Positions 1-8,448 of a stretch of 57,903 bases of DNA are shown in pieces. Both the position numbers and the translations under genes were made by a program. Under the pieces are notes generated by a model. It had not been told where the DNA came from. It made no database searches and saw nothing but the letters and a program-made list of their open reading frames with translations. The stretch comes from a virus: positions 1-57,903 of the IMG/VR virus record IMGVR_UViG_3300017724_000003. One strand, 5' to 3'. Within the stretch, counting starts at the first letter, position 1. Every line of letters begins with the position of its first letter.

Positions 1-123
1 TGATTGTTTCGTGCGTCGTGGAGATGCGTCCATCTGAATATGAACCGCATCAACGCCGTTGTGCGGCTAAAATGTGGGAGGCACTGACTAGCTTCGAGAA
101 CTGTGTGTCTGCTACACGAGGCA
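1..123. repeat. Terminal direct repeat, identical to 57781-57903 (circular assembly overlap or terminal redundancy)
   Basis: Base-by-base reading shows the same 123 nt at both window ends. The repeat lies inside an ORF that stays in frame across the junction. Confidence 0.95.
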
Positions 124-1448
124 ATAATCGGACGTATGGCCTACACAAAGACTGGGACAGTGCCAGTGAGCATGACGATGACGTGACGTATCTGGACTGG
201 TGTCTCGAGCATGCCAAGACTATGGGCATCACGCAGGACACCAAGCCTACACCCAAGGCCAAGCCTGCACCCAAGCAGAACGTGTCGTCTGCTATCACGA
301 ATGCACTGGATACTTTGCTCGAGAGTGCTGACCTACCAAGTGTGGCACACATTGGTGACATGCAGGCCAAGGTGGTTGCACTTAATGGTGAGGTCGAGGA
401 CTTACGCAATACGATTGCGACCATGCCTACCACCACTACCCTTGCACCAGTGACTGTCGCATCGGACGGGACTATCCCATCCGGCACGGTGTCCATGGTG
501 CCAGCACATGAGGCGTTCGGCATCACAGGCAGTGACGTCGGTATGTTCTGCATGGATGTGCCAGTGGGTGAGTGGGATGGTGTTCATCCCCATGTGCCAG
601 TGAAGGACGAGGACTACGTGTTCGATAGCGAGACACTGGTTCCGACCCTGTTGGCCATCACTCATGGACGCATACCGTGGCTTAAAGGTCACACTGGTAC
701 AGGCAAGACGACGTTAGTGGAGCAAGTCTACGCTCGGTTGAACCTGCCTTTGTTCCGCCTCAATCTGGACAGTGACATCACACGTGGTGAGTTGGTTTGT
801 CGTGAGGTATTGCGTACCGATGGCGATGGAAACACGGTGACTGAGTTTGTCGATGGCATCATACCTATGGCAATGCAACAGCCATGTGGATTGCTACTCG
901 ATGAGATTGATGCGTCACGTCCTGACTTGGGCTTCATCCTACAGCGCCTGACTGAGGGCAAGGGCTTCATGCTACTCGAGGATGGCGGTCGCACGATTGC
1001 ACCACACCCACACTTCCGCATGTTTGCTACAGCCAACACGAATGGTCGTGGTGATGAGTCGGGTCTCTACTCTGGGACACGAGCGCTCGGCACTGCATTC
1101 GTCAATCGCTTCAAGCCTTACATCGAGGTGGACTACATGAGCGAGGACGAGGAGGCACAACTCATACAGGAGAAGGTGCCGACCATTGAGGCCAGTGATG
1201 CACGTGCGATTGCAGGTTATGCGACCGAGCATCGTGTGGCATTCAAGCAGGCAGACGTCACCCTTGCATGTTCACCACGAGACACGATGGCATTCGCTTC
1301 ATCGGTCGTGGAGTACAAGCGGTGCTTCGGTGACAAGTCGGACTACATCGGGCTGGCATTCAAGCACAGCATCCTCAATGCGGCAGACAGTGATGACCGA
1401 CAGGTACTCGATGGTCTAGCCAATCGCATCTTCAAATCAGGAGAGTAA
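1..1448 (+). CDS. cobS: CobS-like (MoxR/dynein-related AAA_5) ATPase, partial at the window start (true start probably 57531; about 565 aa in total)
   Basis: Walker A GHTGTGKT and Walker B LLLDEID. Extended resemblance to aerobic cobaltochelatase CobS (RLNLDSDITRGELV..., FRMFATANT...GLYSGT). Confidence 0.9.
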   Translation, partial: IVSCVVEMRPSEYEPHQRRCAAKMWEALTSFENCVSATRGNNRTYGLHKDWDSASEHDDDVTYLDWCLEHAKTMGITQDTKPTPKAKPAPKQNVSSAITNALDTLLESADLPSVAHIGDMQAKVVALNGEVEDLRNTIATMPTTTTLAPVTVASDGTIPSGTVSMVPAHEAFGITGSDVGMFCMDVPVGEWDGVHPHVPVKDEDYVFDSETLVPTLLAITHGRIPWLKGHTGTGKTTLVEQVYARLNLPLFRLNLDSDITRGELVCREVLRTDGDGNTVTEFVDGIIPMAMQQPCGLLLDEIDASRPDLGFILQRLTEGKGFMLLEDGGRTIAPHPHFRMFATANTNGRGDESGLYSGTRALGTAFVNRFKPYIEVDYMSEDEEAQLIQEKVPTIEASDARAIAGYATEHRVAFKQADVTLACSPRDTMAFASSVVEYKRCFGDKSDYIGLAFKHSILNAADSDDRQVLDGLANRIFKSGE

Positions 1449-1450
1449 AC

Positions 1451-3385
1451 ATGAGAAACGTATCAGGAGATATGCTGACCCACGAGGTCATTAAGACAGC
1501 CAAGACGTTCTATCGTTCGCAGGACTTGGACGTTCGTATCGGTGGTGACACTGCCGCGACGAACGGCAAGATGGTCATGCTACCTAGCATACCCACAGGT
1601 GTGGACTACACGGCAGACGAGGTCGCAGTAGTGCGTGGCTTCGTCGACCACGAGGCAGGCCACGGACGTCATACCAACTTCGCGCTTTGCAAGCGCAAGC
1701 CATGGAAGGACATGCTCAAGCGGTATGCACACTTCATGCCTATCGCTAATGGTTTGGAGGACGTTCGCATCGAACGTCACATCACCCAGGAGTACCCAGG
1801 CTCGAAGCGAAACCTGGAGGCTACGTCTGCATGGGCTAACAACATCTACCTCAAGCATCTCGAGGAAGACCCAGAGATTGCGAAGGACATCGCTCGTGTC
1901 GGTGCCATTGGCATCACATGGGAGGGACGTCGTCGCATGGGCTATGACGACCCGACTATCCAGCAGTGTCTCGACAGTCTACCCGCTGACTTGCGTAAGC
2001 AAATCAACGAGGCGGTGGACATGTTGGACAAGGCAGGCTCGACGTCTGACTGCTTCAAGGCCAGTGAGAAGCTGCTCAAGAAGTGGGGGCTCGACTTCGA
2101 CCGTGTCGAAGCTGAGGAGAAACAGCAACAGCAGGCTCAAGAGGAGCGCGAGAAGCAAGAGCAGGAGCAACAGCAAGCGCAAGAGCAGGAGCAACGAGGA
2201 GGTGATGACGATGGTGATGAGAAAACATCCGAGGATGGTGGCGAGGAGACGCAGGAAGATGATGCAAGCGCTCCGGTCGGAGTCGAGACAGATGATGACA
2301 AGCCAGATGGAGATGATGACGGAGAGGTGCAGACACAATCCCATGGACTACCGGACGCACCCGCCGAGGCTCTCGACCCAAACCTAGACAAGGTCATGAC
2401 CGACATCACATCACGTGCCGCTGGTTCGGTTGGCTCTTACACAGCCATCAATCGGGCATGGGACAATCATGCTACCCCCACGTCTGGATGTGAGGGCGAG
2501 GAGTGGTTGAAGAGATGTATTGATGAGACCCGCACGTATGAGCAGTACAAGGTGGTCTACCGAGGGATTGGTTCACGCCTCAACAAGATACGTCGCAACA
2601 TCGAGCGCGCCCTTGTGTCTACACAGGAACGCACGTGGCGTGGTGGCTATGAGGAAGGCCAGTTGGATGGACGTGCTTTGGTGCGTGGTATGGCAGGTCA
2701 GTCGAATATCTACCGCAAACGTGAGGACACCCCCGAGATGGATACCAGCGTCATGCTTGTGCTTGATGGTTCAGGCTCGATGAATGGTGAGCCAGCACAG
2801 TTGACTATCCAAGCCACGATTGCGATGGCTGAGGTGTTCGAGAAGGTCGGCATACCATTCGCGGTGACTACCTTCAACACTCGTGCTCACGAAATTCACT
2901 ACCGCAAGCGTGACTACAGGAACGCGTGGCATGGGTTCCACGGTCGTGGACGTGGGCATGCGATTAGCACCTACCTTCTCAAGCCATACGAGATGCCGCT
3001 ACGCAAAGCGCAGGAGCGCATTGCGAGTTACCGAGCGCTGACCCGCCACAGTGATGGCAACACAGACGGTGACTCGTTGATGCACATCTATCAGGAGTAC
3101 GTTCGTCCACGCCCAGAGAAGCGCAAGATTATCTTGAGCCTGAGCGACGGTGAGCCAGTGGGTACATGCAACAGGACGGAGAAGCGTCGCCTCAAGGAAG
3201 TGGTCGACACCATATCCAAAGACATCGAGGTCGTGGGCTTGGGCATCTTGCATGACGTGAGCCCCTACTACTCCAACAATGTGAGTGTCAGTGACTTGGA
3301 TGAGTTGGCTAACACGACCATGAAGAAGGTCGCGCAGTTGCTACTCGGCAAGCGCTTCAAGGCCGACACACGTGAGGTCGCGTAA
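1451..3385 (+). CDS. cobT: CobT-like protein: N-terminal region with HEAGH motif, acidic Q/E/D-rich linker, C-terminal von Willebrand A domain
   Basis: VWA MIDAS-like motif VMLVLDGSGSM. Long acidic low-complexity stretch (EEKQQQQAQEEREKQEQEQQQ...DDDGDE). Starts 3 nt after the cobS stop. Confidence 0.8.
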   Translation: MRNVSGDMLTHEVIKTAKTFYRSQDLDVRIGGDTAATNGKMVMLPSIPTGVDYTADEVAVVRGFVDHEAGHGRHTNFALCKRKPWKDMLKRYAHFMPIANGLEDVRIERHITQEYPGSKRNLEATSAWANNIYLKHLEEDPEIAKDIARVGAIGITWEGRRRMGYDDPTIQQCLDSLPADLRKQINEAVDMLDKAGSTSDCFKASEKLLKKWGLDFDRVEAEEKQQQQAQEEREKQEQEQQQAQEQEQRGGDDDGDEKTSEDGGEETQEDDASAPVGVETDDDKPDGDDDGEVQTQSHGLPDAPAEALDPNLDKVMTDITSRAAGSVGSYTAINRAWDNHATPTSGCEGEEWLKRCIDETRTYEQYKVVYRGIGSRLNKIRRNIERALVSTQERTWRGGYEEGQLDGRALVRGMAGQSNIYRKREDTPEMDTSVMLVLDGSGSMNGEPAQLTIQATIAMAEVFEKVGIPFAVTTFNTRAHEIHYRKRDYRNAWHGFHGRGRGHAISTYLLKPYEMPLRKAQERIASYRALTRHSDGNTDGDSLMHIYQEYVRPRPEKRKIILSLSDGEPVGTCNRTEKRRLKEVVDTISKDIEVVGLGILHDVSPYYSNNVSVSDLDELANTTMKKVAQLLLGKRFKADTREVA

Positions 3386-3541
3386 GTGTCGGGTTCTCAC
3401 CCATTGGTTTGCATTGACGCCACGGCGATGGCCGTTCGGCTTCTGGTGGGACGTGGGTTGGGAAGTAAAACAAACCGGAGTGCCAGTGAAAGACATGGCA
3501 CGAGTGAAAGCAATCGTTAGGAAACTTGAGAGGAGCAGGAA

Positions 3542-3976
3542 ATGGAAATCGAGGACTTAATAACGAGACTGGAGCAGGCCGTTGCAGACGGTGAGATAAC
3601 CCGATACGTCACCGGAGACGGGTGGCAACCAGGTTGGCGAGAATTGTGCCGTGAGTCGCTGATTGCCATCCGAGGAATGCAACGTCTACTGCCAGTGAAC
3701 AAGACGTTCAACAGCCATGAGGTCGTCTATCACGGGTGGGTTACATGCAAGATGGACACGGACATCGTGGACGGTGTGCAGTTTAAGCGCAACAGCCAGT
3801 ACGAGGGCGAGTTGCATAGGCACGGCTCGGGCACGGCATTTGTCAATCGCAAGTGGGTGGTGTGGGACAAGTACGGAGTATCCGCACGGTGCTTGAGCGT
3901 CGTGGAATTTGAGAGAAGTTTTATCAAAGGTGAGTTAGCAAAGGAGTTACCAGAGAATGACCGACAATCCGATTGA
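3542..3976 (+). CDS. Hypothetical protein
   Basis: 144-aa ORF, GAGGAGCAGGA upstream of the ATG, same-strand operon context. Confidence 0.55.
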   Translation: MEIEDLITRLEQAVADGEITRYVTGDGWQPGWRELCRESLIAIRGMQRLLPVNKTFNSHEVVYHGWVTCKMDTDIVDGVQFKRNSQYEGELHRHGSGTAFVNRKWVVWDKYGVSARCLSVVEFERSFIKGELAKELPENDRQSD

Positions 3977-4208
3977 AGAAGCCCCGTGGGTGAAGGAGGA
4001 CATCGAGCCTTTGACACACGTCACGGGCAATGAGTACCAGATGAACTGGCGGACAGTGTGGATTGGCACCGACCGAATGAGCGTTCGTCTACGTCAACAC
4101 CAAGGCGGGATTGGACTGCGCCTTCACATCAACAACGAGCCAGTGGGTGAGGAGACGATTGTGTTCACCCCTGACATGCAATTTGAAGGAGACACACCAG
4201 ATGACTAA
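3957..4208 (+). CDS. Hypothetical protein
   Basis: 83-aa ORF overlapping the upstream ORF end by 20 nt. Confidence 0.45.
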   Translation: MTDNPIEEAPWVKEDIEPLTHVTGNEYQMNWRTVWIGTDRMSVRLRQHQGGIGLRLHINNEPVGEETIVFTPDMQFEGDTPDD

Positions 4209-4506
4209 GCAAGAGAAGCCAGAATGGAAGTTGATTGTGTTCAAGCCCGATGGCGAGGACGTGAGTTATTTCTATACGCACAACGAAGTGCAGTACCCAG
4301 AGAGCATAGCCCAGAACGCAGGGTTCAAGACGCAGGTGGTAAACCTGACGCATCAACGTGACTGGATGCGGTTACGCACGAAGGAACTGATAGACCGTAT
4401 CAAATCCGGCATGACCACGATGCAAGACGGATTCATGGTCGAGAAGTTTGTGTATGACCACAACCATGCACTGCCCAACGAAGAGAAGTTTTTAGAGGAG
4501 GACTAG
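4201..4506 (+). CDS. Hypothetical protein (start moved to the ATG at 4201 within tracked ORF 4111-4506)
   Basis: ATG at 4201 overlaps the upstream stop (4206-4208). The tracked N-terminal 30 aa lie inside the upstream gene. Confidence 0.5.
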   Translation: MTKQEKPEWKLIVFKPDGEDVSYFYTHNEVQYPESIAQNAGFKTQVVNLTHQRDWMRLRTKELIDRIKSGMTTMQDGFMVEKFVYDHNHALPNEEKFLEED

Positions 4507-4965
4507 ATGAACATCTTTGTATTAGACCGCGACCCTTTGGTCGCGGCACGTTACCATTGTGACAAGCACGTGCCCAAGATGGTGTTGGAGACAGCACAGA
4601 TGCTGTGTACTGCACGTCACATGCACGGATTGGATGCGCCTTACAAGCGCGCTTACGAGAAGCACCCATGCACGCAGTGGGTGGCATCGTCTCTACACAA
4701 TTATCAGTGGACGTGGTGCCTTGGTATGGGGCTTGGCATGGAGTACGAGAAGCGCTTTGGCAAGACACACAAAAGCTACGAGGTCATCAGGCGTTTGGCC
4801 AAGGGCTCGGCAAATATGGCCGAGGACATGACGCCATTCGCGCAGGCAATGCCGGACGAGTACAGGCAAGAGTGCGCCGTAGACGCTTATCGTTCGTATT
4901 ATTTAGGTGATAAAGCAAGGTTTGCTACCTGGGATAGGAGCGAGATACCTAGTTGGTGGCACTAG
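4507..4965 (+). CDS. Conserved hypothetical protein; I recall the N-terminal motif from other phage/virus proteins but cannot name the family
   Basis: 152-aa ORF starting 1 nt after the upstream stop. N-terminus is MNIFVLDRDPLVAARYHCDKHVPKMVLETAQML. Confidence 0.6.
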   Translation: MNIFVLDRDPLVAARYHCDKHVPKMVLETAQMLCTARHMHGLDAPYKRAYEKHPCTQWVASSLHNYQWTWCLGMGLGMEYEKRFGKTHKSYEVIRRLAKGSANMAEDMTPFAQAMPDEYRQECAVDAYRSYYLGDKARFATWDRSEIPSWWH

Positions 4966-4976
4966 GTGCCTACCTA

Positions 4977-5004
4977 TTGACACCGAGGGCTCTCCCCTGA
5001 TACT
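4977..5004 (+). promoter_or_regulatory. Candidate sigma70-type promoter for the LuxR/integrase module
   Basis: TTGACA (4977-4982), 16-nt spacer, GATACT (4999-5004). An 8-bp-stem hairpin AACTGTCC/GGACAGTT at 5011-5034 lies before the LuxR start. Confidence 0.4.
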
Positions 5005-5064
5005 CTCCCGAACTGTCCCACTTTCAGGACAGTTAATATTAAAGTTATCATTAAAGGAAGGGTT

Positions 5065-5502
5065 ATGAATAATGAAGTAGATACCCGTATAGCAAGGCTT
5101 GAGGGAAGATTAGAGTCGGTTGAGAAACAATTAAACGCATTCTTGGGTAAGCAGATTTTCTCCCCAAGCATAGACGGAGAAAGCCGCAATGCTATACTCC
5201 CACGCCTAACCCCCAAGCAACACGTGAGTATGCAAATGCTCATGAAGGGATACTCCAATGCGGAGATTGCCAAACGTCTTGGTGTTACTGAAAACACTGC
5301 AAAGGTACACGTGAGAGCAATCGCCAAGAAATATGGTGTTCAATCCCGTTCACAAATCGTGATGCAAGCGTTTCCAGAGTACGAAGCCATCCCTGCCTCA
5401 ACTTACGAGGTCATGACAGGTGGCATTCCAAAAGATTGGGCGGAGCAATGGCTAAGTAAGGCAGTCAAGCACGACCCGTATAGAAGTAAGTATCAGGACT
5501 AG
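5065..5502 (+). CDS. LuxR/GerE-family helix-turn-helix transcriptional regulator with a short N-terminal coiled-coil and no ligand-binding domain
   Basis: LTPKQHVSMQMLMKGYSNAEIAKRLGVTENTAKVHVRAIAKKYGV matches the GerE HTH. RBS AAGGAAGGG. Confidence 0.8.
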   Translation: MNNEVDTRIARLEGRLESVEKQLNAFLGKQIFSPSIDGESRNAILPRLTPKQHVSMQMLMKGYSNAEIAKRLGVTENTAKVHVRAIAKKYGVQSRSQIVMQAFPEYEAIPASTYEVMTGGIPKDWAEQWLSKAVKHDPYRSKYQD

Positions 5503-5512
5503 GAGCAGTCAA

Positions 5513-6508
5513 ATGTTAGACTTAAAGTTACGAGGAAGTATCTATTACATATGCGGCTTTCACAAAGGGAAGCGAATTAGACAGACCGCGAAGACCAAAG
5601 ACAAATGTGTCGCCGAAGGCATACGCGTCAAGATGGAACATGATTTGTTGTTCGGTCGCGCACCGTCAGGAGACAATGGCAAGACGTTCTCTGATGCAGT
5701 CGGAGGTTATCTGAAGAGACGTGCCCACACGAGTGACACCACGAGCGACTACTTGGTTAGGTTCATGGGTGAGTGGGACAAGATGGGCGTTCAGCAGATA
5801 GACCAGACGTTTCTCGAGGAGTGGCTAGACGCCAGGCTGGACTCGGTCAAGCCGCAGACAGTCAGGCGTGAGATAAACGCGTTCATGCCAGTGCTACGTC
5901 ATGCACGTAAGCGTGGCTGGATAGACGAAGTACCCGACATCGAGAGGCCAGCGGACGGTGAGCCGAGGTTACGTGTGTTGAACGAGGAAGAGTATTCTGC
6001 GGTCATGAACAATCATGAAGAAGGAAACTACGGTAGCGGAATGGCTCGCTTCCTACTACACACAGGCGCTCGGATTGGTGAGGCAGTCAAGTTGCGGTTT
6101 GAAGATGTGCACACTGGGGAACACCCATACCTGACATTGAGGACACGCAAACGTAAGGGTGGCAAAGAAGCGACCCGAGACATACCAATCAATCCTGTCG
6201 TCTTGACGTATGGTGAGGATGTGTATGGACCATCTAGTGATTGGCCAAAGAGCGGTCGCGTGTGGTCTATATGGGATGACCAAAGAGCGGCGGGTAAAGC
6301 AGTGATGCGCTACGTCCATGGCTTAGGTATTGATGACTTCCGACCGCATGATTTGCGCAGGACTTTTGCAACTCGTTTGTTGCTTGCTGGTGCTGACATG
6401 CGTTCGGTTGCAGACCTACTTGGCCACACAAGTTTGGCCATGGTGATGCGGTATGCTGTACCCCCTAATAATCACAAGCGTGACCTTGTAAATTCATTGG
6501 GTGTGTAA
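5513..6508 (+). CDS. int: Tyrosine recombinase / phage integrase
   Basis: C-terminal catalytic region HDLRRTFATRLLLAGADMRSVADLLGHTSLAMVMRYA, with upstream ARIGEA (Arg box). Confidence 0.9.
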   Translation: MLDLKLRGSIYYICGFHKGKRIRQTAKTKDKCVAEGIRVKMEHDLLFGRAPSGDNGKTFSDAVGGYLKRRAHTSDTTSDYLVRFMGEWDKMGVQQIDQTFLEEWLDARLDSVKPQTVRREINAFMPVLRHARKRGWIDEVPDIERPADGEPRLRVLNEEEYSAVMNNHEEGNYGSGMARFLLHTGARIGEAVKLRFEDVHTGEHPYLTLRTRKRKGGKEATRDIPINPVVLTYGEDVYGPSSDWPKSGRVWSIWDDQRAAGKAVMRYVHGLGIDDFRPHDLRRTFATRLLLAGADMRSVADLLGHTSLAMVMRYAVPPNNHKRDLVNSLGV

Positions 6509-6575
6509 GGTTGCGACCCACGAAACTAAAGAACTACTACTAAATTATAGAGGATTTTTGTTATGATTAACCAAC

Positions 6576-6617
6576 GGAGAGGTGGCCGAGTGGCTGAAGG
6601 CACTCCCCTGCTAAGGG
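6576..6617 (+). other. 5' fragment of tRNA-Ser(GCU), from the acceptor stem through the anticodon loop; candidate attP core
   Basis: GGAGAGG-TG-GCC-GAGTGGCTGAA-GGC-A-CTCCC-CTGCTAA-GGG folds as acceptor 5' arm, D-arm and anticodon arm. No variable arm, T-arm or 3' acceptor follows. It lies 68 nt downstream of int. Confidence 0.65.
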
Positions 6618-6879
6618 TAAGAACAGCACTAGGTACTATCTTTAAGAAACTATCGACACCTTTTGTAGAGGTGAAGACCAGTATCACAAGCCGCAACAAA
6701 CACGTTGTGACCATCAAGAGACCCATTACGTCACAGCCGGAGGACATCTACCAGACCATGATAGATGTGCTACAGGCTCGTCTTGTTGAGGACATTGATG
6801 ATTGGTCTCGCGATGAGTTTAACGAACTGAAAGACACACTCGTCGAGATGCGTGACTGTCGTCTTAGGTACGCCGCAAC

Positions 6880-7653
6880 TCAAAAATAAACTGCAACACG
6901 ATTGGTGTCCTCGAGAATTGCCCCGTGCCCTTGTAAGGTGATGCGGGGCTTCTCATTTGAAGGCCAAGTCGGTGCCGCAATTCTGTGTGGGAAGCGGCCA
7001 CTGTGGAGGTACATGTGTCCGGTCTCGTATGGGAGGTATCTCCTGTACTGTTCACCGTCGACCCAGTAGTCAAGGCCACCGTCACCGTCTGGTAACTCAA
7101 GTGCTACCGTAAAGCTGAATGGCTTACTGAATGGCTCCGTCCACAAGAGACGCTGGAATGGCTCGTCTGTGTGTATGTTCGAGCCCTCCTCTCTCCTATC
7201 GTCACCACTACTATCGAAGATGTGGAAGCCCATGAGGCCAGCGAAGGGGAGGTCTATACATTCTCTGTCATATATCTTTCCAATCACGGAACGCGTGAGC
7301 CCCAGCAAGGGGCCGAACGCATCTTTAATCATTGGGTTCACTTGTTCTGCTACTTGATAGTAGGTGGCATGCCCCTCGGAAACGATGAGGTCATTGTATG
7401 TGGACGCTCCGATTGTCCAGAACGTACCCTCTCCCCGTGAAATCCAGTGGTCACGTAGGTGCTTTACTTTTTCTGCTTCGATTGCCGCCTGCTCAGGTTT
7501 GAGCAGAGGTATGTCTATGATGAGCGGCTCACTCGTAGGTGATGCCGTGGTCCTAGCTTCTTGCGCAAGTGCAGTCCACGCCGCTTCTTTCGACGCTTGC
7601 TCTTCATCGGTGGGGTGTATATGTGTGCCGTTTGCTTTGCCATCGCCTGTCAC
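6880..7653 (-). CDS. Hypothetical protein, possibly 2OG-Fe(II) oxygenase-like
   Basis: 257-aa ORF. HxD (IHTDEP), distal His (FPHRI) and RITLQG are compatible with the dioxygenase facial triad. GTG start directly after the endolysin stop. Confidence 0.5.
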   Translation of the reverse strand: MTGDGKANGTHIHPTDEEQASKEAAWTALAQEARTTASPTSEPLIIDIPLLKPEQAAIEAEKVKHLRDHWISRGEGTFWTIGASTYNDLIVSEGHATYYQVAEQVNPMIKDAFGPLLGLTRSVIGKIYDRECIDLPFAGLMGFHIFDSSGDDRREEGSNIHTDEPFQRLLWTEPFSKPFSFTVALELPDGDGGLDYWVDGEQYRRYLPYETGHMYLHSGRFPHRIAAPTWPSNEKPRITLQGHGAILEDTNRVAVYF

Positions 7654-8037
7654 CTAGTAACTCCAGACCGTAGGCTTCGTAAAGCGGTCCTCTTGTGCGT
7701 CGTCAATGTGAATGAAGCGAGAAGACGTCGGTCCCTTTTGTGCGATACCAATACGCTGGATGCCCTTCATCATCGCCAGGGCGATGAACGCATGTGCCTG
7801 GTTACCGTAGACGTTTATGTCTATGGCACAGCCAGTGGTGTGTGTACCTGGGCGTTGTTTCTTTTTCTCGATTGGGTGCTCGGGACTGCGGTATGCAGAC
7901 GTAACTCTGAATGGAAAGCCCAGCTCTTCGCGCATCTCTTCGACTACCTGCATGAACTGAATGTCCATGCCTTCATCTCCGGTGTGACTGCACTTGAGCT
8001 CGTCTCGTGTGAAATACTTTAAGTCGTCTAGTGTCAT
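7654..8037 (-). CDS. Peptidase M15-family (D-Ala-D-Ala carboxypeptidase-like) endolysin
   Basis: SAYRSPEHPIE...GTHTTGCAIDINV...FIHIDD gives the H..D..H zinc ligand pattern of the Peptidase_M15_3 type. Confidence 0.8.
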   Translation of the reverse strand: MTLDDLKYFTRDELKCSHTGDEGMDIQFMQVVEEMREELGFPFRVTSAYRSPEHPIEKKKQRPGTHTTGCAIDINVYGNQAHAFIALAMMKGIQRIGIAQKGPTSSRFIHIDDAQEDRFTKPTVWSY

Positions 8038-8045
8038 TAGTTTTC

Positions 8046-8435
8046 CTACTTTTTTTTACCAATTCCTGAGACAGCCCACCTGATTCCCATGCTCGCGGCT
8101 ATGGCCCCGCAAAAAATATAGCTGTACCAATCCGGCGCGTGCTGCTGTAGGAAGACGAAGCCTTCCTTTACGTACTCTTGCGTCCACGGAAGGAAAGAAC
8201 CAATGAAAGGCATGATGACAACAGCCAACGCAACCTCGTCTTTAAGGCTGTACCTTGTTTCTTTGAGGGCTTGAATGTCGTAATCAGTGACGGCTTGGGC
8301 CGTCGTCTGTATCTGCTGTATCTCAGCTTCGACTCGGGCCTCAGCGATGCGAGCTTTACTTTCAGACTTGGCTCGGCGCTGAGCCATAAAGTCGCCAGCA
8401 ATACCAGTAACCCCGCTGATGATTGTTCCCCACAT
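8046..8435 (-). CDS. Membrane protein, holin-like (Gly-rich N-terminus, charged helix, two C-terminal TM segments)
   Basis: Hydrophobic segments VALAVVIMPFIGSFL and YIFCGAIAASMGI. Lies immediately upstream of the endolysin. The layout resembles 3-TM GTA-type holins. Confidence 0.5.
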   Translation of the reverse strand: MWGTIISGVTGIAGDFMAQRRAKSESKARIAEARVEAEIQQIQTTAQAVTDYDIQALKETRYSLKDEVALAVVIMPFIGSFLPWTQEYVKEGFVFLQQHAPDWYSYIFCGAIAASMGIRWAVSGIGKKK

Positions 8436-8448
8436 GTGTGTCTCCTAA

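Noticed and set aside
1635-2409. Alternative-frame ORFs inside cobT (1635-2387 plus; 1979-2344, 2076-2381 and 2137-2409 minus)
   Set aside because: They are artefacts of the GAG/CAG/GAT-rich acidic linker. The cobT frame is continuous and carries the VWA motif.
5065-5502. The LuxR-family protein as a quorum-sensing (autoinducer-binding) receptor
   Set aside because: It is only 145 aa. The region upstream of the GerE HTH is a short coiled-coil, too small for an autoinducer-binding domain.
6576-6700. A complete phage-encoded tRNA-Ser gene
   Set aside because: The tRNA-like match ends 3 nt after the anticodon loop. No variable arm, T-arm (GGTTCGAATCC-like) or 3' acceptor strand occurs in the following 100+ nt.
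6563-6889. Tracked 108-aa plus-strand ORF downstream of int
   Set aside because: Its first third is a translation of the tRNA-Ser fragment. At most a short C-terminal piece (ATG at 6759, 43 aa) could be real, and I have no support for it.
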